Under the pieces are notes generated by a model. That model worked only from the letters and a program-made list of their open reading frames with translations, searched no databases and had not been told where the DNA came from. Positions 7,837-14,721 of a stretch of DNA of 24,000 nucleotides are shown in pieces. Within the stretch, counting starts at the first letter, position 1. Every line of letters starts with the position of its first letter. Made by a program: the position numbers and the translations under genes. This DNA comes from Methanoculleus sp. (GTDB lineage Archaea > Halobacteriota > Methanomicrobia > Methanomicrobiales > Methanoculleaceae), in the NCBI RefSeq assembly GCF_018433835.1, contig NZ_JAHDQM010000043.1; one strand, written 5' to 3'.

Positions 7837-8262
7837 TCAGGGTGTAACGACGTCTATCGTCGGCGGGACGAGCGCCGCGCTGATGGCGTGGCAGATCCCG
7901 TTGGTGCAGAACGCATCGGCCTCGACGATGGGGACGCTGTTGACGGTGATGCCTTTATCCGACGACCGTATGACAAGGTCGGTCCCGAGGCTCGACCTGA
8001 CGGCGGCAATGCTCCGGAGGTCCTCCGAGGTCAACTGCCCCGGCACGACGTGATAACTCGTGATGAGAAGGAGTTTGTCCGCGTCCTGCCGGATCTCTTC
8101 CATCCGTTCCTTTGGAACCCTCGAAAACGCCTCGTCCGTCGGGACGAAGACCGTGAACGGCCCCCTCTCGCGGAGCATCGGTTCCATGCCCGCTATCCGG
8201 ACGAGTTCGAGAAATACGGTGAGGCTGTTGGAGTCCTCCAGGGTTTCGATGATGTTCTTCAT
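7837..8262 (-). CDS. Single-domain FAS1 (fasciclin) protein without a signal peptide (paralogue 1, 141 aa)
   Basis: MKNIIETLEDSNSLTVFLELV.. has FAS1 motifs FTVFVPTDEAF, SYH and CTNGICHAIS. There is no N-terminal hydrophobic segment. GGAGAG lies 6 nt upstream of the ATG. Confidence 0.85.
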   Translation of the reverse strand: MKNIIETLEDSNSLTVFLELVRIAGMEPMLRERGPFTVFVPTDEAFSRVPKERMEEIRQDADKLLLITSYHVVPGQLTSEDLRSIAAVRSSLGTDLVIRSSDKGITVNSVPIVEADAFCTNGICHAISAALVPPTIDVVTP

Positions 8263-8296
8263 GCTGCTCTCTCCAATCGCATCACTACATGTGCCG

Positions 8297-8308
8297 AATT
8301 ATTTATAC
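8297..8308 (-). promoter_or_regulatory. TATA-like box for FAS1 paralogue 1
   Basis: The minus strand reads GTATAAATAATT, centred about 41 nt upstream of ATG 8262. A GC hairpin (CCGGGGC..GCCCCGG) downstream of paralogue 2 precedes it. Confidence 0.4.
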
Positions 8309-8352
8309 GTTCTCCCGGGGCTCCGGCCGGACGGTGCCGGCCCCGGTCTCTT

Positions 8353-8778
8353 CTATGCAGCAGCAGCCCTCGCAACGGGAGGCAGGAGCAGCATGGAGAC
8401 CGCGTGGCAGATCCCGTTGGTGCACCACGCGTCGGCCTCGACGACCAGCACGTCGTTGACCAGCACTCCCTCCGACGCAACCTCTACGGTCAGGTCTTCA
8501 CCCTGGAGCGACCGCAGGGTCCGTATGCCCAGGAGGTCGATCATGGAATGCACCCCGGGGACGATATGGTAATGCAGGGTCTCGACGAGCCGGTCGGCGT
8601 TCCGGCGGATTGCGTCGAGTTCCGACATAGGTACTGCCCGGAACGCATCGTCTTCCGGGACGAAGAGCGTATAGGGCCCTTCGGTACTCAATCGCTCTTC
8701 CATGCCGGCTGCCCGTACAAGGTCGAGAAACGTGGTAAACGATCCCGATTCCTGCAGAGTCGCGAGGATACTCTTCAT
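8353..8778 (-). CDS. Single-domain FAS1 protein without a signal peptide (paralogue 2, 141 aa)
   Basis: MKSILATLQESGSFTTFLDLV.. has YTLFVPEDDAF, HYH and CTNGICHAVS. I chose ATG 8778 by colinearity with the paralogues. The ORF-track extension to 8904 is Arg-rich and not hydrophobic. Confidence 0.85.
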   Translation of the reverse strand: MKSILATLQESGSFTTFLDLVRAAGMEERLSTEGPYTLFVPEDDAFRAVPMSELDAIRRNADRLVETLHYHIVPGVHSMIDLLGIRTLRSLQGEDLTVEVASEGVLVNDVLVVEADAWCTNGICHAVSMLLLPPVARAAAA

Positions 8779-8813
8779 GCGAACCAACTCCCGGCGGGAG
8801 ATGGAGAGACGGG

Positions 8814-8825
8814 AGTATATAAAAT
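8814..8825 (-). promoter_or_regulatory. TATA-like box for FAS1 paralogue 2
   Basis: The minus strand reads AATTTTATATAC, centred about 42 nt upstream of ATG 8778. Confidence 0.4.
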
Positions 8826-8919
8826 TACGGGTGGTTCTGCTCGGCTCACGGGGCCGGTTTCCGGCATCCCCCGACCCCCGCCGCCGGACGTACCCGGTGC
8901 ACACGCACCTGTGCGGGCT

Positions 8920-9354
8920 TCAGACCCGCCCCCTCACCCGTGCCTCGACCGCTCGCGGCAGGAGCACCCTGTCGATGACGTGATAGATGCCGTTCGTGCA
9001 CTCGACGTCGGGCTGGATGACGGCGGCGTCATTCAGCCGCATCGCCTCCGGAGGCCCCGAGATATCCAGGTGGTCGCCCTGCAGGGTCCTGATCGCCTCC
9101 ATCCGTGCCAGTTCCTGCGTGGTGAGTTTGCCCTGGATCACGTGGTACAGGATCATGCCCTCGAGCCGCCCCCGGTCGTCCGTGATAGCGTCCAGCACCT
9201 CCCGGGGAAACCCGGAATATGCTTCATTCGTTGGGAAAAACGCCGTATACTCCCCCTCTCCCCGGAGGGTCTCCGCCATCCCCCCGGCCTGCAGCATCGC
9301 AACAGAGGTGCTCAATCGGCCGTCTTCCCGGGCAGTCTCAAAGATGCTCTTCAT
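8920..9354 (-). CDS. Single-domain FAS1 protein without a signal peptide (paralogue 3, 144 aa)
   Basis: MKSIFETAREDGRLSTSVAML.. has YTAFFPTNEAY, LYH and CTNGIYHVID. ATG 9354 is preferred; GTG 9360 is possible and adds 2 codons. Confidence 0.85.
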   Translation of the reverse strand: MKSIFETAREDGRLSTSVAMLQAGGMAETLRGEGEYTAFFPTNEAYSGFPREVLDAITDDRGRLEGMILYHVIQGKLTTQELARMEAIRTLQGDHLDISGPPEAMRLNDAAVIQPDVECTNGIYHVIDRVLLPRAVEARVRGRV

Positions 9355-9377
9355 GGACACCCGAATAATTTAGCCCC

Positions 9378-9390
9378 ATATATATAATTA
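9378..9390 (-). promoter_or_regulatory. TATA-like box for FAS1 paralogue 3
   Basis: The plus strand reads CATATATATAATT, about 25-30 nt upstream of the start. This implies a leaderless or very short-leader mRNA. Confidence 0.4.
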
Positions 9391-9458
9391 CGGATATAGC
9401 GGCGCGGCGGGAAAGAAAGGGATTTCTGGCCGGACCGTGAAGTCCTGCCCGCCCGGGC

Positions 9459-9902
9459 TTATTCGCCCGCTGCGTAGGCCTCGAAGGCCTGCGAGAGCGT
9501 CACGAAGGGAACACTGTCAAGGACATGGATAATGCCGTTGTCCGCCTCCAGGTTCCCCTCGAGCACGACGGCCTCGTCCACCTGGGTACCCTGCTCGGTC
9601 TTCCTGACCATGATGGAATTCCCTTCGACGGTCTGCACGACATTCCTCGCGAGCAGCGATTCAAGCGTGCACTTATGCCCGCCGATCGTGAAGAAGTCGA
9701 TCAGGTGCGAGAGCATCTGCTTGTCGTTTAAGATCATTGCCCGGTTCGGCTCGGGGATCGCATCCCATGCCGAGTCGACCGGAGCAAAGAACGTCATCGG
9801 CCCTTCGCCCTGCAGCATCTTCTCCTCGCCGAGGGTTCGGATAATCTCGACAAGCCTTCCGAACCTTCCATCGTTCTGTAACGTATCAAAGATCTTCGCC
9901 AT
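9459..9902 (-). CDS. Single-domain FAS1 protein without a signal peptide (paralogue 4, 147 aa, most divergent)
   Basis: MAKIFDTLQNDGRFGRLVEII.. has MTFFAPVDSAW and DNGIIHVLD. The YH motif is replaced by DFF. There is no N-terminal hydrophobic segment. Confidence 0.8.
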   Translation of the reverse strand: MAKIFDTLQNDGRFGRLVEIIRTLGEEKMLQGEGPMTFFAPVDSAWDAIPEPNRAMILNDKQMLSHLIDFFTIGGHKCTLESLLARNVVQTVEGNSIMVRKTEQGTQVDEAVVLEGNLEADNGIIHVLDSVPFVTLSQAFEAYAAGE

Positions 9903-9942
9903 ACCAGGTACCTCTCGATAGGGGCCCTTCGTGGTATGTTAT

Positions 9943-9964
9943 CGTATATATGAATTATTATATT
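9943..9964 (-). promoter_or_regulatory. AT-rich TATA-like region for FAS1 paralogue 4
   Basis: The plus strand reads CGTATATATGAATTATTATATT, 40-60 nt upstream of ATG 9902. An A5 run at 9977-9981 (T5 on the minus strand) just beyond it could terminate the upstream minus-strand operon. Confidence 0.35.
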
Positions 9965-10090
9965 CAGATGGCCATTAAAAACAGGAGAGGTGATGCGTGC
10001 CCCCATCTTCGGGCCGGGCGGCGGGGTCTGTCCTCGCTCCCCGCGAAGGTCCAGTCTTCTCAGGGATCGGACCCGGCAACGGCAAAACCG

Positions 10091-10666
10091 TCATTCGCGA
10101 ATCAGGTCGCCGATATACCGCTCGAGGAGCTCGAGCGCCTCCCATTCCCGGGCGCCGCCGCACTTCCGGGCGAGACCGGTGTGGTGCTCGATCAGCCGCC
10201 TGAGCCACGGGTCGCGGCTCCTGACGTAGCGGGTGGCATGGACCGTTGCGTCCACGATGCTTGAGAACCCCCGGTTCACCGGGTGCAGCCGCAGGTCGAG
10301 CACCTCTTCGTGAACGGGGACGAGCCGGACGACGAGCGCCTCGTCGCTCGACCGCTCCACGTCGGCGGCAAACGCGGCCCAGGCTTCCGCGTCGCGGAGG
10401 CGGCAGACGACCATCCCGTCGATCTCTTCGGAGACGAAGGCCTCTTCCGGAAGGTCGTCGAAAGCGGTCCGGACGTAGATCACGGGATCGAAGACGAAGT
10501 TCGCCACCACCCAGCGGTCCCGGGCGATGTTCTTCGCCGTATGGCTCCCCCGGAAGAGGACCATGTGCAGGGAGCCGCTCCGGTTGATGATCCCCATGGG
10601 GGCGGCGTTGCAGTCGGTGGTCGCGATCACCTCGTTGATCCCCTCGGTCAGCAGTCCCACTGCCAT
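10091..10666 (-). CDS. DUF447-like (FMN-binding split-barrel-like) protein, last gene of the operon
   Basis: MAVGLLTEGINEVIATTDCNAAPMGIINRSG.. is the N-terminus I recognise from the DUF447 family found next to CitG homologues in methanogens. ATG 10666 overlaps the upstream stop by 19 nt. The ORF-track extension to 10798 is an Arg-rich shadow. Confidence 0.7.
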   Translation of the reverse strand: MAVGLLTEGINEVIATTDCNAAPMGIINRSGSLHMVLFRGSHTAKNIARDRWVVANFVFDPVIYVRTAFDDLPEEAFVSEEIDGMVVCRLRDAEAWAAFAADVERSSDEALVVRLVPVHEEVLDLRLHPVNRGFSSIVDATVHATRYVRSRDPWLRRLIEHHTGLARKCGGAREWEALELLERYIGDLIRE

Positions 10667-11454
10667 CCCTCCCCGAGCGCCACGTATATCCCGGCGATGG
10701 TTATGTCGGCGATCGAGCCCGGGTTGATGCCGGCGGTGACGCACTCGGCGTCGAAGTCGCGAAGATCGCGCCCTCCGCCGAGCACCTCGGCCGCACACCG
10801 CATCGTCCTCTCCGCCACCGCCTCCCCGTGCTTCTTCGCGATGAAGGTGTCCGGCTCCGATGCGAGGAGGTCGAGGAACGCCGCGACGATCGCTTCACGC
10901 CCACTCCCATGCGAATGCAGCAGGTCCGCGCACCGGCGGGTCAGGGCAAATCCGTTCGTCCACTCGCGGGCGACCATGTCACGGGGCGCCGAGTAGGCCA
11001 TGATGTCGGCAAGGGTCATGCCCCGCTCCCGGATGGCGGCGACCGAGGCCGGGTCGTTCACGTCCAGGTCGTCGCTCTCGGCCATCCGGACCCTCGTGAG
11101 GCCGAACGCCGCGTAAAAATCGATTGCGTCCTCGACATCGGTGCCGGCGACGACCCTCCGTGCCCCGTCGATATCTCCCCCGAGGACGAGGGGGATGAGC
11201 AGGATGAACGCCCCGAAATGGGTGTTTCCCCCGGCATGGTCGTTCGTACGCATGACCGCCTCCCGGATCAGGCTTCCGACCCGGCCGCCGGCCCTCTCGG
11301 CCGTATCGAAGACGGGTCTCGCGAGGATCGTCGAGGCGAGGAAATGCTCGATACGGGTGTCCGGATAGTCGTGGCACCTGTCCACGTTCCCGGGCTTCGG
11401 GTAGGCGCAGACCTCGAACATCATCGCCATCTGCGCACGTTCAGCTCGATTCAT
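10648..11454 (-). CDS. Triphosphoribosyl-dephospho-CoA synthase (CitG/MdcB) family homologue
   Basis: MNRAERAQMAMMFEVCAYPKPGNVDR.. carries the CitG hallmark PKPGxVdR, followed by ..GGNTHFGAFILL... ATG 11454 overlaps the upstream stop (11441-11443) by 14 nt. Confidence 0.8.
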   Translation of the reverse strand: MNRAERAQMAMMFEVCAYPKPGNVDRCHDYPDTRIEHFLASTILARPVFDTAERAGGRVGSLIREAVMRTNDHAGGNTHFGAFILLIPLVLGGDIDGARRVVAGTDVEDAIDFYAAFGLTRVRMAESDDLDVNDPASVAAIRERGMTLADIMAYSAPRDMVAREWTNGFALTRRCADLLHSHGSGREAIVAAFLDLLASEPDTFIAKKHGEAVAERTMRCAAEVLGGGRDLRDFDAECVTAGINPGSIADITIAGIYVALGEGWQWDC

Positions 11455-12580
11455 CGGCAGATTCTTCTCCACCAAATACCCTGTGCAGGATCTTCTCCGA
11501 GAGCTGGTGCTTGCACTGCATGTACTCCCGGGCAGAGAGGCCTTTCTTCTCAAGCGTCATGTTCCGGAACATGCAGGGAGAACTCATCTTGCAGCACCAG
11601 GCGAGGCTCCCGAAACAGGTGTTCTTCCCGTCGTCGAGCGGAGTTCCCTTCACCGCCTCCTGTTTGACTCTCAGGTAGTCGTTCCGGGAGAGCCCGATCC
11701 TCTCGAGGGTCGGGATGAGCGGGCAGGCCTTCACCGGCATGCAGCAGAAGGTGAGCGCCCTGATGTCGCCGCCACGGCAGAGCTGTTTCGGGGCGTTGTA
11801 CCAGCCGCCTTCATCGGCGGACCGGGTGATGGCGGCATCGAGGCCGGCGAGCGTCCAGGGATCGGACTGCCGGGCAAGCGAGACGATGTCCGCCCCGTGG
11901 GAGAAGGCGTCCATCGCCCGGTCGAACGTGTTGATGGAATTGTTCGCGATCAGCATCAGGGGAGAGGCGTTGCGGATCTGGCGGACCTTGCTGTGCCCGA
12001 AGTCCATCAGGTCCACGTGGAGGATATCCGCCCCCGCCTTCCAGACGGTGCGGGTGAGGTCGGCGTCGCTCGCCGCGACACCGGCCCGGATCTTCACCGA
12101 GACGGTCACATCCGCCGCTTTCAGGGCCCGGATGATCTCGACGAGTTTTGCCGGATGCTGCAGGAGGTACTCGCCGCACCCGGCGTCAAGCATCGGAGGC
12201 TGACGGCAGTGGGCGTCGATCTCGTAGACCACGCGATTTTCAAAAGCCTCAGCAACCTCCCCGTAGGCGGCAGGAGTACTCCCGCGGAGGTTGATGCCCG
12301 CGACAACGTCGCTCTGTTTCAGGGCATCGATCTCTTTTTCCAGCGCTTCCAGGGGATCGTCGTATAAAAACTCTTTCCGACCCGCCTCTGCCATCTGCCG
12401 GCTCGCGTCAAGGGTGGGGCCGTCGATGGAGTAGCCGCCGATGAAGGCCGCCCCGACATGAGCCGCCCGCTCGAGGACGTAGGCCGCATCCACGATCCCG
12501 GCCATGGATGCGATTGCTATCGGTGTTTTTACGATCCGATCGTTTATGAGGAGTTCAAAACGATCATATGCTTCCATCAT
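11441..12580 (-). CDS. Dus/DHODH-like TIM-barrel (flavoprotein-like) domain fused to a duplicated Cys-rich C-terminal module (resembles 'methanogenesis marker domain 9')
   Basis: The N-terminal ~260 aa have IAIASMAGIVD.., EIDAHCRQPPM, VSVKIRAG and GADILHVD, a Dus/dihydroorotate-dehydrogenase-like pattern. The C-terminus has FCCMPVKAC..LERIGLSRNDY and WCCKMSSPC..LEKKGLSAREY. Confidence 0.7.
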   Translation of the reverse strand: MMEAYDRFELLINDRIVKTPIAIASMAGIVDAAYVLERAAHVGAAFIGGYSIDGPTLDASRQMAEAGRKEFLYDDPLEALEKEIDALKQSDVVAGINLRGSTPAAYGEVAEAFENRVVYEIDAHCRQPPMLDAGCGEYLLQHPAKLVEIIRALKAADVTVSVKIRAGVAASDADLTRTVWKAGADILHVDLMDFGHSKVRQIRNASPLMLIANNSINTFDRAMDAFSHGADIVSLARQSDPWTLAGLDAAITRSADEGGWYNAPKQLCRGGDIRALTFCCMPVKACPLIPTLERIGLSRNDYLRVKQEAVKGTPLDDGKNTCFGSLAWCCKMSSPCMFRNMTLEKKGLSAREYMQCKHQLSEKILHRVFGGEESADESS

Positions 12581-13074
12581 ACTTCTCCATCTTTTGGCGG
12601 TGAGAGAGGATATTGATTTGTATCCAGGCTCGGAAGGTCGTACTCCTCACCGGAGCGGATGAGCGCACAGCAGAGCCGGAAATCGCCTATCGAGATGCCG
12701 GGGACGTTCCCATAATATTGAAGCACCCTATCCCAGGGCATGAGGTATGCCTCTTTCGCTCTCCCCGCACCGAACCGGAACTCGACGGCAAGAAACCCCC
12801 GCCGTCCGGTCCTGCGGATGAAGTCGGTGATCGCGTCTATCTGGTGGACGTTGTTTTTGTCGGAGTGGAAGTGCTGGGAGAAGTAGAGTTTCTTGCCCGA
12901 TATCGACTTGCACTCGATGGCCAGATAGTAGCGGGGGTCGAGGGAGTCCACGAGGACGTCGACGTACTGGGTATTGAATTTGCTCTGTTTGAGCCGGTAG
13001 GCGAACCCGTGAACCTGCCGGCGAGCGAAGAACCGGTTGATGCAGTAGGTGATCTCCCGTTCGAAGTTTGCCAT
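12577..13074 (-). CDS. hjc: Archaeal Holliday-junction resolvase Hjc-type PD-(D/E)xK nuclease with a C-terminal extension (165 aa)
   Basis: It is colinear with Pyrococcus Hjc as I remember it: FEREI (Glu), HGFA, YVDVLV (Asp), YLAIECKS (E-x-K), GFLAVEF. The stop overlaps the next ATG as ATGA (12577-12580). ATG 13074 is preferred over the ORF-track start at 13107. Confidence 0.8.
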   Translation of the reverse strand: MANFEREITYCINRFFARRQVHGFAYRLKQSKFNTQYVDVLVDSLDPRYYLAIECKSISGKKLYFSQHFHSDKNNVHQIDAITDFIRRTGRRGFLAVEFRFGAGRAKEAYLMPWDRVLQYYGNVPGISIGDFRLCCALIRSGEEYDLPSLDTNQYPLSPPKDGEV

Positions 13075-13110
13075 CACATAAGTTTGGGAACGGGCCCATA
13101 AAAACAATCG

Positions 13111-13130
13111 GTAATTATTTTAATATAGCA
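13111..13130. promoter_or_regulatory. Shared divergent promoter core (AT-rich TATA region) between hjc (minus) and cfbA (plus)
   Basis: GTAATTATTTTAATATAGCA is the only AT-rich block in the 75-bp gap 13075-13149. It is centred about 28 nt from cfbA ATG 13150 and about 46 nt from hjc ATG 13074. Confidence 0.5.
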
Positions 13131-13149
13131 TCGTAGTACCTTGTAACAT

Positions 13150-13557
13150 ATGGCTAAAAAGGGAATGTTACTGGTCGGACATGGCAGCAAGCTCCCCTAC
13201 AATAAAGAACTGATCGAGACCACCGCGGGACTCATCGCCGGGAAGACAGACGAGTACGTCGTCAAACCCGGCTTCATGAGCCTCAACACACCGACGGTGG
13301 AGGAACAACTCGAGGCGTTCCGGGGCGAAGATATCGATATGCTGGTCGTCGTCCCGCTCTTCCTCGCGAAAGGCGTTCACATCAACAAGGACATCCCCGA
13401 ACTCCTCGGCCTCCCCGAGGGGGCCAGGAGCGGCACGTTCCAGCTGAACGGAAAGACGGTCCCGCTCGCCTACGCAAACCCTATCGGCAGCGACCCGCTC
13501 CTTGCCGAGCTGATGCTGAAGAACGCGTCCGACGTGATCGCCGAACTGAAACCCTGA
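13150..13557 (+). CDS. cfbA: Small CbiX-type chelatase: sirohydrochlorin nickelochelatase CfbA
   Basis: The 135-aa product has LLVGHGSKLPYNKE.. and ..VVPLFLAKGVH, the CbiX(S) signature with catalytic His residues. It sits immediately upstream of cfbE/D/B. Confidence 0.85.
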   Translation: MAKKGMLLVGHGSKLPYNKELIETTAGLIAGKTDEYVVKPGFMSLNTPTVEEQLEAFRGEDIDMLVVVPLFLAKGVHINKDIPELLGLPEGARSGTFQLNGKTVPLAYANPIGSDPLLAELMLKNASDVIAELKP

Positions 13558-13562
13558 AGGAT

Positions 13563-14717
13563 ATGCGAATCCTGGTGCTGGATACCATCCACGGCGGGGC
13601 GGAACTCGCCGGGGCACTCCGTGGTGCCGGCCACCAGGTGGACGAGGTGGACGTCTACCGCGGAAAGGCCGGCATTCCCATCGAGGAGGCACTCGTCCGC
13701 ACATACGATCTCGTCACCGCACCGGTCCACCTCGACCCCGATCACCCTCTCCTCCGGCATCACGGGCCCGCGGTCCCACACCACGAGATGGTGAAGCGGG
13801 TCCTCGACGGCCGGCTCCCGCACCCTTTCATCGAGATCACCGGGGCACGGGGAAAGACCACCACCGCCCACGCCCTCGCCTCGCTACTGCCGGGCCCGGG
13901 CATCCTGCACACATCAACCGGGACCTACCGCTACCCGGAGCGGGAACTGCTCTGGAAGCGGAGCATCACGCCCGCCTCCCTGATAGTAGCAGTGCGCGAG
14001 GCAGAAAGGATCGGGGGGTGGTTGGTCGCCGAGGAGTCGCTCGGGGTCGCCGCCGCCGGGGACGTGGCGGTGCTGACCTCGCCGGAGGACTACCCGGTCG
14101 CGGCGGGAAAAAAGCACGCGATCGCGGAGAAGTGCCGGCTGCTCGCCCGGGCGCCGAAGGTCGTGTTCCCGCCCGGGATCGATATTCCAGGGGCGGTCGC
14201 CGCCGAGGGGATGGTATCCTTCGAGGGGCAGACCTGCCGGTACGCCGGGTTTGAGGTCAGCGGCACCTTTGCTAACCCGCTCTGCACCCTTGCGGGCTAC
14301 CGCACCCCCCTCATGCTCGCGGCTGCGACCGCCTGCGTGCTCGGGGTCGATCCTTCGCCCCTCGGGCGGTTCGCCGCCCTGCCCGGCCGGATGGCGGCCC
14401 GGCGGGAGGGGGATCTCCTGATCGTCGACAACGCGAACAGCGGGACGAACATGGCCACCACCGTTGAAGCCGCCTGCTACGCGAGGGAACTCTCGGGCAA
14501 CGCCCCCCTGACCATCGTCATCGGCGAGGAGGCTCGGGCGATCTGCGAGGGGTTCCCGGCGGAGGAGATCCGGCGGACGGTGGCGGCCGTCGCCCCGACA
14601 GGAATCGTCTACGTGGGGGAGGGGCACCCTGCGCCGACGCTCAATGCCGGGCTCGATGCCGCCCGGAAGATCACCCCGGCGGGCGCGATCGTCCTCGCGG
14701 TAAAGACGTGGAGATAA
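13563..14717 (+). CDS. cfbE: Coenzyme F430 synthetase CfbE (Mur-ligase family)
   Basis: Mur-ligase P-loop ITGARGKTTTAHAL. Its size, and its position 5 bp after cfbA and 4 bp before cfbD, fit the F430 cluster. Confidence 0.85.
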   Translation: MRILVLDTIHGGAELAGALRGAGHQVDEVDVYRGKAGIPIEEALVRTYDLVTAPVHLDPDHPLLRHHGPAVPHHEMVKRVLDGRLPHPFIEITGARGKTTTAHALASLLPGPGILHTSTGTYRYPERELLWKRSITPASLIVAVREAERIGGWLVAEESLGVAAAGDVAVLTSPEDYPVAAGKKHAIAEKCRLLARAPKVVFPPGIDIPGAVAAEGMVSFEGQTCRYAGFEVSGTFANPLCTLAGYRTPLMLAAATACVLGVDPSPLGRFAALPGRMAARREGDLLIVDNANSGTNMATTVEAACYARELSGNAPLTIVIGEEARAICEGFPAEEIRRTVAAVAPTGIVYVGEGHPAPTLNAGLDAARKITPAGAIVLAVKTWR

Positions 14718-14721
14718 ACGT

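Noticed and set aside
7888-9387. 499-aa plus-strand ORF spanning the FAS1 array
   Set aside because: It runs antisense across three independent FAS1 genes and their AT-rich spacers, is Arg/Pro/Gly-rich, and has no motifs. The minus-strand genes have unambiguous FAS1 signatures.
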